Shown here one piece after another: positions 48,401 to 57,215 of a stretch of DNA of 64,000 nt; the stretch's first letter is position 1, and each line of letters starts with the position of its first letter. The position numbers and the translations under genes were made by a program. The DNA is from a virus (taxonomy: Duplodnaviria; Caudoviricetes). The DNA is taken from IMG/VR virus record IMGVR_UViG_3300028374_000002, positions 32,001 to 96,000 of that record; one strand, given 5' to 3'. A model generated the notes under the pieces. The model searched no databases, was not told the DNA's origin, and worked only from the letters and a program-made list of their open reading frames with translations.

Positions 48401-51298
48401 TCAAACATACCATCTAGGACAATAGATAGCAATATAAATGAATTTCCATTAAATGTTAGTAATACTAAAAACATAGTATTTAACGACTTTGAAGGAGATA
48501 TGTATGTATCAACAGATAATGGATTTATAATTAGAATAAACTCCAACAGAACTATACAAAATGTATATGATGCTGGTGTGTTAAAATCAGAACTATTCTA
48601 TGAACCAGTCGAGGAATCTATTTATTTTTTCACAGATACACATTTGAGTAAGATAGATAATGGTGTGTTAGAGGATATAGAAGAATATAGTAATGACTTT
48701 AATGAAATTTTATTTAATAACTTAACGGGTAATATGAATATATCTACTGGTAGTTCTAATGATGGAGATTTCTTAAAAGTCGATATAATAAGTGATTCCG
48801 TAGAAAGCTATGATATAGATACTTATGGATTTTTGGGCATAAATCAGTTTGATGGTGATGTTTATTTAACATCACAAACACTAGATGTTGTTTATGTTAT
48901 AAATCCTATCAACGGAACTATACTACACACACAGAACTTAACTAGTGGGGCAACTCAAATAATCAATAACCCCGAACGAAATTCGATGTGGGTTATACAA
49001 CCTAGTAATAAACGAATAATAGAAATGTCAGTTGAAGTGAACACTACGATCACACCATTCGAACAAGAGCCAGAAGTAGTAGGCGAGAACCTTTATGGTA
49101 CACTAAATCCTGATTATGTTAAAAGAGAATCTATGTGGTTAAAGACCAAGGATTATATAAGAAAGCCTAGGGAAAATTTTGAAGGAGATACACAAGTTAG
49201 CTTGTACTGGAAATGGGAAGATAATCAAACACCAGAATTTTTCATATATGATTTTACTGGTGATCAGCTAGAAAATAATGGCTCTTATTCATACACGGGT
49301 ATTAAACCATTTGATAAGATTGTTCTTAATAAATCGCCTAATAAAGATATAAATAGAATTAATCAACCAGAGTTTCAACAAACTATATTTGATAAGATAT
49401 CATATGAATTACCATTTATAGATGACCAAAGAAACGTATCTACTGATGTTGAGCCTTTGGAACTCTTTTTAGGATATAAGTCTACGCTAGAGGGGGCATA
49501 TCAATCTATTTTAAAATTATATAAAAAAGAAAGTGTTAGATTTGATATCGAATCAGATTCTATGACAGATATAACATTAGAAATAATAGAGGGTAGTGAT
49601 AGAAGAGGTATAATATATCTAAATAATACTTCTCCAATTAGTTTATCAAATAGAGGCTTAAAACCTGAACAATTACTTGTTTTATATCTAAATGACATAT
49701 CTAATGAATCTAATCAATATACATCAGTAAACAATGCCTCGGTGTTTAAGATAAGACAAGTTTTTAGTAAAAGTATAATAATAGACTTTATAAACTCAAA
49801 TGATTTTATTTCTGACGAAAATACAGTTATTGATAATTACCCAAGCGTTGGTGATACTACTTATCTATCAACAACCTTCAAAATTATTGATAAGGAAATA
49901 GGTAGATTTAATGTTTATGGACAAACTGAAGATGAAGACGAGAGGTTTAAGATAAACCTAGCAAACGAAGGTAAGCTTATTGGACCAGATGAGGTATTTA
50001 TATTCAAACAATATGATATACAAGAAGGTGGTATTGATTGGACATTTTTAAATAAAAAGAGAAAGGAGATGCTTATGATGAAACAACTTATATATCCTTA
50101 TATAGGTGCTTATAAATCAATAATAAATGCTATCAATTTTTTTGGATATAACGACTTACAATTAAACGAGTATTATAGAAACGTAAATCCAGAGTCCGAG
50201 AGTTTTTCTAAATTATTTAAGGTAGAAATACCAGATATTTTTGATAATTCAACAGAAGGATGGGATGATAATGATTTCATTAAAAACACATATCCCAATA
50301 CTAACTTTGAAGAAACTAAGTTATTCAACCTAACCTATAAGATAACTGATAAAGAAGGTAATAGAGTTATAAACTATACACTTGATGAAGTAATTATAAA
50401 ATTACAAGGATTGAAGTATTGGCTTAAAAATAATATTATACCACTTACTCATAAAATAGAAGATATAACAGGACTTGCTTATGTAAAAACTTCGAACTAT
50501 ATACAACACAGATTGCATGATATAAGGATAATAAATATTAAGGAAAATATGACACCTATTTCGTGTAAAATGAATGAGGCATATCTGATGCCTATAAATT
50601 CTGGATCGACTGTATATAATTGTGCAATTGACTTCTATTCAATAGTAGAGGGTATTGGAAAAAGTGATTATACAACAGAGGGTGTTAAAGCATATGATGG
50701 GTTTAAACTAGAAATCCCCGATAGTTTTGACATAGAAATTCGAACATATAAAACTTATAAAGAATGGGAGCCATTTTCAACATATAATAGAGGTGATAAA
50801 GTTAGATATTTAGATTTTTTGTATGAATCAGTAATAGATTTTAATAGGACTAATAATCCTTCTAAATATAATACTGCTTTACCATGGTCACCAAACATAA
50901 ATTATAAAGTAGGAAGTATAGTATTATACAATAATAACTATTATTCTTTAAGAACTAGTGCTTTGATGTCATCAACACCCCCTTTATCTGATTCTGTTAA
51001 CTGGTTAAAGATTTCACAATGGATTAGGATAAGCTTAGAACCAGTTCAAACAGTACAAGAGTTTAGAAAAGGTAGTAACTTATTGCCATATAGTTTCACA
51101 ATTGATTCCAACATTGATCCTTTTATAACTATTGAGGTTACATCTGATAATGGGTATGGTGAGATTTATAGGGATAGAAAAAATTATGAATTAAAAGGTG
51201 CTAATGACTTAGGTTTAATGAGAGTTAATCAAGTAAATTTACCAACTCTTAGGTCTCCACTTACACCAATATTTGATGTCCCAACTGATAATACTTAA
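45500..51298 (+). CDS. Very large putative virion structural protein (baseplate/tail)
   Basis: 1932 aa, beta-rich; central repeat region resembling a beta-propeller; GAYKSIINAINFFGY segment; three short chitin/CBM-like motifs; late-type promoter. Confidence 0.6.
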   Translation: MSNHENLIWFNKEGDFLNFNYNESVNRFEGDILFHESSTDIYKTYGLYMFEDVPSFDFERPNELTTRKFQLFNERGIHFYGTDLKSQDITKIEPVNNDVGFYSKWIYGDDFQAKFPIGTIVSFDNPFLEFNNPNKTYVVSGNKSNAILILSQVDNKSFEIDYQQLYENENSYINQKLSGVNCIGVYDYIDIETYKEKLSDWSEPEFYDKYFIGKKLNIINSKLNDKVVTVDNTKLIDLIHYEYLLHKDELPDDKDFIIEVISKTDLPRIYNGGIVIDSDSRINIDPNFYPAIIKPGTEFKIEGSINSDVFLRVSDLRNWDGILTTTDFIVGDQVTFNNRIFQCKENYVQSFSNIETSSITPSNSEKWGRPDYIKIEQILQPDNISLGQLYLTTDRFYFTYSWDTNKEITLASAIEKYKDDLNLFNIDLYYENNQVNADLVYPSQYANVNFYHTEAINTNKIGGFFKAIERLVGVGEDLDYELNYNNSELFDFKIVFTDIDEFGIKVNINGMIYEEEVSFIFSGNSIDVERTIDRTLRNWLSRNYIELFKLGIDIQLRFSGNTTSLFYNSIRVLSQYPNVPVSVDDVLVGTTANYYIEHSRVLFRDLGGYLDIRINGISYGVQTIYNSSTNTPDVISTISKWVREHNNRLNDFGIIVKNINQLLIFDIKDLKRRLDYTITTGKVNIPGLKDFEINNLIKGNEGVIISSNEILLPRDRDESLEDFEEYGFATGMALSINNTIYSLVNQEYTIQYLDPLIMNISYEGPFWGLTSSICNSSAFVTLAFDNGYGLTGCGEPLSPDRTITSPFNTEFRNLEPDNNLNLDKSNSQFKIDFNANDYEVIEFDLNRFSGADNMVDIIYIQNSNSIYTLADSLIVHNASTSNIVTIIDLINNIGSIKLKYNNINNYLYALTINSMYIINPLTNMVIGIVEFQNNGEAFDIDFNPLNGDVYVTFSNLPEISIWGSINLSNIPSRTIDSNINEFPLNVSNTKNIVFNDFEGDMYVSTDNGFIIRINSNRTIQNVYDAGVLKSELFYEPVEESIYFFTDTHLSKIDNGVLEDIEEYSNDFNEILFNNLTGNMNISTGSSNDGDFLKVDIISDSVESYDIDTYGFLGINQFDGDVYLTSQTLDVVYVINPINGTILHTQNLTSGATQIINNPERNSMWVIQPSNKRIIEMSVEVNTTITPFEQEPEVVGENLYGTLNPDYVKRESMWLKTKDYIRKPRENFEGDTQVSLYWKWEDNQTPEFFIYDFTGDQLENNGSYSYTGIKPFDKIVLNKSPNKDINRINQPEFQQTIFDKISYELPFIDDQRNVSTDVEPLELFLGYKSTLEGAYQSILKLYKKESVRFDIESDSMTDITLEIIEGSDRRGIIYLNNTSPISLSNRGLKPEQLLVLYLNDISNESNQYTSVNNASVFKIRQVFSKSIIIDFINSNDFISDENTVIDNYPSVGDTTYLSTTFKIIDKEIGRFNVYGQTEDEDERFKINLANEGKLIGPDEVFIFKQYDIQEGGIDWTFLNKKRKEMLMMKQLIYPYIGAYKSIINAINFFGYNDLQLNEYYRNVNPESESFSKLFKVEIPDIFDNSTEGWDDNDFIKNTYPNTNFEETKLFNLTYKITDKEGNRVINYTLDEVIIKLQGLKYWLKNNIIPLTHKIEDITGLAYVKTSNYIQHRLHDIRIINIKENMTPISCKMNEAYLMPINSGSTVYNCAIDFYSIVEGIGKSDYTTEGVKAYDGFKLEIPDSFDIEIRTYKTYKEWEPFSTYNRGDKVRYLDFLYESVIDFNRTNNPSKYNTALPWSPNINYKVGSIVLYNNNYYSLRTSALMSSTPPLSDSVNWLKISQWIRISLEPVQTVQEFRKGSNLLPYSFTIDSNIDPFITIEVTSDNGYGEIYRDRKNYELKGANDLGLMRVNQVNLPTLRSPLTPIFDVPTDNT

Positions 51299-51313
51299 AA
51301 TATTTATTATATT

Positions 51314-51643
51314 TTAAATAATTTCTTCACCTAGTATATTTAACGTAAGTGACACTTTTGTTGTGTTGTTAAATATATTACCAATAACTAGACTTCTGTC
51401 GATGGTATGTACTATAATTTCTTCGTCTCGGTCTAATATTATAACTCTATCAGAGTTCATGATATTGACTTTCGTTCCTTTTAACAAATTAAACCTTTGC
51501 TTTGAGTTAAGGCTTAGTTCTATAAAATCAATTCTGGTAGATAAATCTTTTAGGTAATTTCTTAATTTTCTATAGAATGCTATAATGAAACCCATGACGG
51601 TCATTGATGCTGCAACTATTCCTACTATTGATATAATACTCAT
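51314..51643 (-). CDS. Hypothetical protein with N-terminal TM helix
   Basis: MSIISIVGIVAASMTVMGFIIAFY followed by basic residues. Confidence 0.7.
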   Translation of the reverse strand: MSIISIVGIVAASMTVMGFIIAFYRKLRNYLKDLSTRIDFIELSLNSKQRFNLLKGTKVNIMNSDRVIILDRDEEIIVHTIDRSLVIGNIFNNTTKVSLTLNILGEEII

Positions 51644-51663
51644 AAGTTTTTAAGCTATATATA

Positions 51664-51697
51664 AAAAACCCCCTCTTATTTATAAGAGGGGGTTTTT
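51664..51697. terminator. Intrinsic terminator
   Basis: AAAAACCCCCTCTTAT-TT-ATAAGAGGGGGTTTTT. Confidence 0.9.
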
Positions 51698-51715
51698 ATT
51701 TTTTTATAAAATAGA

Positions 51716-52369
51716 TTATGCCTGTTCTACTTTAGCATCAGTATCCTTTGTAACATTAGGCTCAAATTTGGCCACCCAGTCTTGAATGTCACCAGAAAGT
51801 GTTTTACCAGTATTATCATAATAGTTTACAATTTTACTAATATCACCAATTCTTTTTAATACATTACCAAAGTTATAAGCACTTTTATCAAGACCCTTTA
51901 CTTTGTATTTAGATATCAAATGGTAGATATAGGTAATTTCTGTTGCATCAACTTCAAACCCTTCTAGTACTTTATCATCAGGGAAGTTGCTTTTTAGCTT
52001 CATATTACCCATAGTGTTAGTAAGTTCAATAGCTAGAAATACAGTATTTACATCATATTCCATTTTCTTTGTTATAGTGTCTGTTAAAAAGTTATATTGT
52101 TGTCTGTTTAAATAGAAAACATATTTAGCATTTCTTAGTTCTGTTGCATAATCACCCCATAGGATTTGTGCTTGTTTATAAAGTTCATCTTTTTCATCAG
52201 AAGTTTTTCCAAAACCCTCATTTTCTGACATATATTTTAGAATTGTAGCCTCGCTTTTATCTAATGCGACCTCATACTTTTTATCTAAAATTACATGCTC
52301 TAATTTATTTTCATTAAAGCTTAATCTTGGTTTTACTACATTTGTTTGTATATTCTCTTTATTATTCAT
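51716..52369 (-). CDS. Hypothetical protein (217 aa)
   Basis: Long ORF in the minus-strand operon. Confidence 0.8.
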   Translation of the reverse strand: MNNKENIQTNVVKPRLSFNENKLEHVILDKKYEVALDKSEATILKYMSENEGFGKTSDEKDELYKQAQILWGDYATELRNAKYVFYLNRQQYNFLTDTITKKMEYDVNTVFLAIELTNTMGNMKLKSNFPDDKVLEGFEVDATEITYIYHLISKYKVKGLDKSAYNFGNVLKRIGDISKIVNYYDNTGKTLSGDIQDWVAKFEPNVTKDTDAKVEQA

Positions 52370-52388
52370 TTGTTTATGTTTTTTTTAT

Positions 52389-52637
52389 TTATCCATTAAT
52401 TTTATCTTCTCTATCAAAAATCTCTTTGATAGATTCTAGTTTTCCCTTAGAGTCTTGGTATTTTTGTAACCACTTATCTTGCTCATCTTGTAAATCAGAG
52501 TGTTCCCCAATTGCAGTTAATCTATCAGATGTGTATAATCTTAATGTTGCTACTGCTGTTTTAATCTCTGATTCGTATCTTAGTACTAGAGCATCTAAAT
52601 ACTCTTTCCCAACTCCTTCTGCCTTTATCTTTCCCAT
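52389..52637 (-). CDS. Small helical phage protein (AIGEHxD motif)
   Basis: AIGEHSDLQDEQDKWL...GKLESI resembles, from recall, a small protein family of T4-like myoviruses. Confidence 0.65.
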   Translation of the reverse strand: MGKIKAEGVGKEYLDALVLRYESEIKTAVATLRLYTSDRLTAIGEHSDLQDEQDKWLQKYQDSKGKLESIKEIFDREDKING

Positions 52638-52638
52638 A

Positions 52639-53064
52639 TTATATTAAATCTGCGGTTTGTCCATCTGCTTTTTGTTCTTGATATAAATCTTCAACTTGAT
52701 TAGCCTTAGCTACTTTTTCAACACCATACTTATTAACTATTGATGAAAATGTATTTAAGTCTGTTTTTCTCAACTTAATTTTACCAGTTTCTAAGTTACA
52801 TTCTAACTTATCTAGCTCTTGTTCAATTAATATTTGAATTGATTCTTCATCAAACACATCCATTAATTCTTCATTCATAATTACCTTTACTTCTTTATCC
52901 AATATAAAAGAAATATCTTCGGGGATTCTAGAGATTTTGATAATTGTTTTTTGTTTGTAATCTCCTATGAATTGAAATTTGATGTCAATAGGAAATGATT
53001 TCTTATTAAAAACGTCATAAAAGTCTTTAATAGTGTCTTCTGATAATTCTGTGTATCTGTCCAT
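52639..53064 (-). CDS. Phage metallopeptidase-like protein with degenerate active site
   Basis: ILIEQELDKL where HExxH would be, followed by GKIKLRKTDLNTFSSIVNKYG. Confidence 0.5.
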   Translation of the reverse strand: MDRYTELSEDTIKDFYDVFNKKSFPIDIKFQFIGDYKQKTIIKISRIPEDISFILDKEVKVIMNEELMDVFDEESIQILIEQELDKLECNLETGKIKLRKTDLNTFSSIVNKYGVEKVAKANQVEDLYQEQKADGQTADLI

Positions 53065-53103
53065 AATTTTTGTTTTTATTTGTATTATTAATTCTGTAAA
53101 AGT

Positions 53104-53532
53104 TTAAATATAAATGTAAAATAATGTAGCTGTTCCTAAAATAACTAAAGGTGTAAACACATAATACATGAAGTTATAGTACTTGTGGCTTTTGAACAAA
53201 GAAAATCCAAATATTAATAAGAAAGAATATTTACCAACCTTTTCTACTGTGTATGTCTTGTGTAATTCTTTTAATTCTATTGAATCTAGATAAATGCCTA
53301 ATTCTGTAACATACTCTTTAAGATAAGTCTGTGATATTCTTTCAATATCAGACCTCTTTAAAGAATATGCTTCACCAATTAAATTTTCTGGTATATTTAG
53401 AACAGTATACATTCTATCAGCTTTATCAATGCGTACATTATATTTTAGCTTTAAGTTATCTTGTACAGTCTTAATTCTCTTTTTATAGAAATTAAATAGT
53501 TTTATATTTTTAAATACATTACTCATAAACAT
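53104..53532 (-). CDS. Hypothetical protein with C-terminal TM anchor
   Basis: FMYYVFTPLVILGTATLFYIYI at the C-terminus. Confidence 0.75.
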   Translation of the reverse strand: MFMSNVFKNIKLFNFYKKRIKTVQDNLKLKYNVRIDKADRMYTVLNIPENLIGEAYSLKRSDIERISQTYLKEYVTELGIYLDSIELKELHKTYTVEKVGKYSFLLIFGFSLFKSHKYYNFMYYVFTPLVILGTATLFYIYI

Positions 53533-53561
53533 TATACTGTTATAAAGTAAAATGTTTTAAA

Positions 53562-56450
53562 TTAATTTGCTTTATTTATCATTTTATTAAAAGTTCCCTC
53601 TGGATCATCCTCTGAATCACCTGAAAATTCCATTAAAACACTATTCAAAGAAGATGTAGACCTATCTATATTAGTGAGTAATTCTATAACTCTATCTAAT
53701 TTTTCCTCTAGTTGGCTATTATCAACTGATTGGATTTGTGTTCTTGTCTCGATAATACCCGATTGGTTAGTTGAATCACCACCAACAGTTTGTTCATTTT
53801 GCAATTGAAAAGACTCTGGATTACTCATTTGTCCAGTAAATCTAACCATATCTCTGAAATCAGTTATGTTTAATGATTTCATTGATGAACTAAGATTTAT
53901 AAGTGAAGATGCTAATTTATCATAACTTTCTGACAATACAGATATTCTCTTAGCTATCTGTACAATAGGATCGGTTTCAAATATAGCACTAGCACTATCT
54001 CTTAACCCACTAAACATCCCACCTTCATCATCTGCTGTTAGTTCTTTGACCATTTCGTTAAAATCTATCATGTTTTTAGATAAACTCTGCATATAGTCTG
54101 GACTTATGCTAGTTGTGAACATACCATCTTTATCATGTAATATTTTTGCAACCGATGATATTTTGTTAGCAGTGTATAATACTTTTTTATAATTAACATC
54201 TTCTTCGTCTATATAATTTGCTAACATTGTAAAATCCTTTACAACGTTCTCAATACTACTACTCCACTTTTTATCTGGGTAGCTTTCCCATGTTACACCA
54301 TCACTTGAAAATATCTTAGCAACACTAACAATGGTTTCTGCTATGCCACTTATACCAGCTTTTATATCGTTTATAACAGACTTCCCTGATTTCCAAAATC
54401 CAGACTTTTCCATTAATAAATCATAGACTGGTGCAAATGCACCAATTGCCGCCCCAACACCAGCTGACCATTGCTCACTAGGATAAGATCCAGTAAATTT
54501 AGATGCGTTGCTAGCAAAAAAATCAGCAGAACTGACTATACTCTTAGAAATGGTAGTAATAGCATCATTCATATCAGAAAGAGAAACACCTCCACCAAAA
54601 AAACTGTTATTCTTAGAGATAGCCTCATAAACTACTGAGAATGCACCAATTGCCAATGCAGTTCCCTTTGCCCAACTTTCATCTGGTCCACCAGCATAAC
54701 TCCCTTTTTGTAATTTAAAAGACAATGCAACAATTGTATCTCCAATGCTTAACATCATTGCTTTAGCTTTATCCCAAGGGCTTTCTGCACCAAAAAACTT
54801 AACAACAGATGATGCTAATCCAACTGCACCTAATGCAACCATTATTGGTGCAAACGTGGAGAATAACAATGCAGTTGATTTTGCCCATTCTGTCATATTG
54901 GGAATGTTATAATTACCCTCTCTAAGTATTTTAGATGTAGCCACTATAGTTCCAGCCACACCAAGTATAGCAACTAAACCTGCTGCAAAAACAAGTGCTT
55001 GTGGACCAGCAACAAACAATCCTAGTCCAATTGCGGCAGCACCAAAACCCAAGAGTGACAAACCAACACCAGTTATCCAATCCATATCTGGGAAATCTTC
55101 ATAATTACCTAGGTTAAGTAATTGAGAAGATGCCGCAATCACACCAGCAAGTGCTATAATAGACAAGCCACCTTTTGCAATAGCACCAGGTGATAGTTTT
55201 AATTTATCAATCAATTTTATAGGTAATACCATAAGAGAGACAACTATAGCCATTGTTGATCCTAATAATAATATATTAAGCATTTTAGAAGAATCTATAT
55301 CAGCAGTTTCTTTCAAAAAATGCGAAGAAGCCATAATAGCTAGGGATAGTCCAGTAAATATAGCAGGTGCTGCCAATGATGCAACAATAGCAGTTTTAAA
55401 GTCCATTCCTTTAAACGATGTGATTATTTGTCTTAGACCAAATGACAGTAAAACAAATATACCACTTACCATAGCCGCTGAAAAGAATTGTGTTAGACCT
55501 AGAGGTTGTACATCTTTTAAAAAGTGAGAGGAAGCCATAATAGCCATAGAAAACCCAATGAAGATAACTGATGCCAAACCAGCTGCCAAAGCAGCAGTTC
55601 CTAAGTCCATTCCTTTAAATGCTGATATTATATTCCTAAGACCATATGACATTACTACAAATATTCCCATAGTCATTATAGCACCAAAGAATGACACTAA
55701 GCCTAACGGTTGAGTATTTGCTAAATATTCCGAGGATTTTGATACTGCCCAAGATATTACTGGTAATATAATTGGTATGAATAAAGATGCAGTTATTATA
55801 TCTGTAAATGATGCCCCTCTAAACGCATCTATCATATTCTTAACACCATATGACAGTATTGCAAATGCTGATGACATTACTATAAGGCTTGCGAACTGTT
55901 CGCCTGATATTGGCTTAGACTGTGATAAAAAATAGCTAGATATAGTAAGTGCAATAGATGCTAGTACTAACGCACCAGATGCTATTGCGGCACTTTCTAG
56001 ACTTAGATTTAAACTAGCGACCTTTTCAAAGGCAATAGATAATATTGTAATTGCTAGAGAAAGTCCGATAACTGACATAACATCTACTGAACCAACTAAA
56101 TTAAATGCTGATCCAATGGCTAAGACAGCAACTGCAATCATAAGGATTGTCCCAACACCCCTCTCTATTTTTTCCTTTTTATCTTCACCAACTTGGATAC
56201 CTTCTGTTTTTTCGCCCTCTTTTTGTTTAGAGAGTTCTATAATAGTCTCTTGATTTTTTAGTATGTCTTGTGTATTAGCCTTTATCTCATTTATACTAAT
56301 AGATATGGTTTGTAATTGTTTACCAAAATCACCACTTTGTATGGCTTGTGCAGTAGCAGATTTAGGAGTATCCTTACTTTCTAAGGATCTTGCTAATTCC
56401 TCTAAGCCATAACTTATATTATCTAGTGCATCTAATAATCTCTTATCCAT
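53562..56450 (-). CDS. Tape-measure-like protein
   Basis: 962 aa, rich in Ala, Gly, Ile and Ser, with long amphipathic or hydrophobic repeats (e.g. IMASSHFLK x2) between charged termini. Confidence 0.6.
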   Translation of the reverse strand: MDKRLLDALDNISYGLEELARSLESKDTPKSATAQAIQSGDFGKQLQTISISINEIKANTQDILKNQETIIELSKQKEGEKTEGIQVGEDKKEKIERGVGTILMIAVAVLAIGSAFNLVGSVDVMSVIGLSLAITILSIAFEKVASLNLSLESAAIASGALVLASIALTISSYFLSQSKPISGEQFASLIVMSSAFAILSYGVKNMIDAFRGASFTDIITASLFIPIILPVISWAVSKSSEYLANTQPLGLVSFFGAIMTMGIFVVMSYGLRNIISAFKGMDLGTAALAAGLASVIFIGFSMAIMASSHFLKDVQPLGLTQFFSAAMVSGIFVLLSFGLRQIITSFKGMDFKTAIVASLAAPAIFTGLSLAIMASSHFLKETADIDSSKMLNILLLGSTMAIVVSLMVLPIKLIDKLKLSPGAIAKGGLSIIALAGVIAASSQLLNLGNYEDFPDMDWITGVGLSLLGFGAAAIGLGLFVAGPQALVFAAGLVAILGVAGTIVATSKILREGNYNIPNMTEWAKSTALLFSTFAPIMVALGAVGLASSVVKFFGAESPWDKAKAMMLSIGDTIVALSFKLQKGSYAGGPDESWAKGTALAIGAFSVVYEAISKNNSFFGGGVSLSDMNDAITTISKSIVSSADFFASNASKFTGSYPSEQWSAGVGAAIGAFAPVYDLLMEKSGFWKSGKSVINDIKAGISGIAETIVSVAKIFSSDGVTWESYPDKKWSSSIENVVKDFTMLANYIDEEDVNYKKVLYTANKISSVAKILHDKDGMFTTSISPDYMQSLSKNMIDFNEMVKELTADDEGGMFSGLRDSASAIFETDPIVQIAKRISVLSESYDKLASSLINLSSSMKSLNITDFRDMVRFTGQMSNPESFQLQNEQTVGGDSTNQSGIIETRTQIQSVDNSQLEEKLDRVIELLTNIDRSTSSLNSVLMEFSGDSEDDPEGTFNKMINKAN

Positions 56451-56511
56451 ATAAAACTTTTAGTTATAACTATATATAAAAATGTAAGTATTCTTATTAA
56501 ATATATACCAT

Positions 56512-56922
56512 ATGAAAACTATTATAAACAAAGAGATATTAAAAAGTTTAGTCAGATTTAATAAAATAAAGGACAGAATATCTAGAAACGAGAAGAATGA
56601 GTTATATAGTACAATATATAGTAATGAAAAGAACTATATGATGTTATCTAAAAATATTACGTTTTATAGGTTAAAAGATATGCTTGATAAGAAAGTTAAG
56701 ATAGTTTGTAACTTAAAAGACAGAAATGGTAAGATAGGTGAAAGAGTTTTGAATATAATATCTAATATAGATACTAGTTATGATTTATTATTATCAAGAA
56801 ATACGCCTTGTAAATTAGAAGACCGTTTTCTTTATAATATAAAATATAATGAGAAGAAGAAATATTATTCCTTGGAAGAGCATAGTGAGTATTTTGAAAA
56901 AATAAAAATAAATAATGATTAA
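56512..56922 (+). CDS. Basic hypothetical protein (136 aa)
   Basis: AAATATATA 4 nt upstream. Confidence 0.7.
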   Translation: MKTIINKEILKSLVRFNKIKDRISRNEKNELYSTIYSNEKNYMMLSKNITFYRLKDMLDKKVKIVCNLKDRNGKIGERVLNIISNIDTSYDLLLSRNTPCKLEDRFLYNIKYNEKKKYYSLEEHSEYFEKIKINND

Positions 56923-57187
56923 AAAGTTTAAACAATTCAACGAAGAAATATCTGGTACAGAGTTAGTTGGACCAATTGGACCAGCTTATGGAGAGACTGG
57001 ATTACAGAATAAAACTGTTAATTCACATGATACTAATGTAATATTTTGTGATATAAATAATAACTTTTACACTATTGATGAGTATAATAATTTATATGCA
57101 GATTATTTAAAAGAGGGTGGGAGTCCATTATATGGATTTAACTTAGAAAATATACATACTATAATTTCATTTTTAGAAAGTGAATAA
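56915..57187 (+). CDS. Small protein, CTS-like N-terminus
   Basis: MIKKFKQFNEEIS. Confidence 0.75.
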   Translation: MIKKFKQFNEEISGTELVGPIGPAYGETGLQNKTVNSHDTNVIFCDINNNFYTIDEYNNLYADYLKEGGSPLYGFNLENIHTIISFLESE

Positions 57188-57215
57188 CATTGATAAAAAC
57201 AAAAATCAAGAATAA

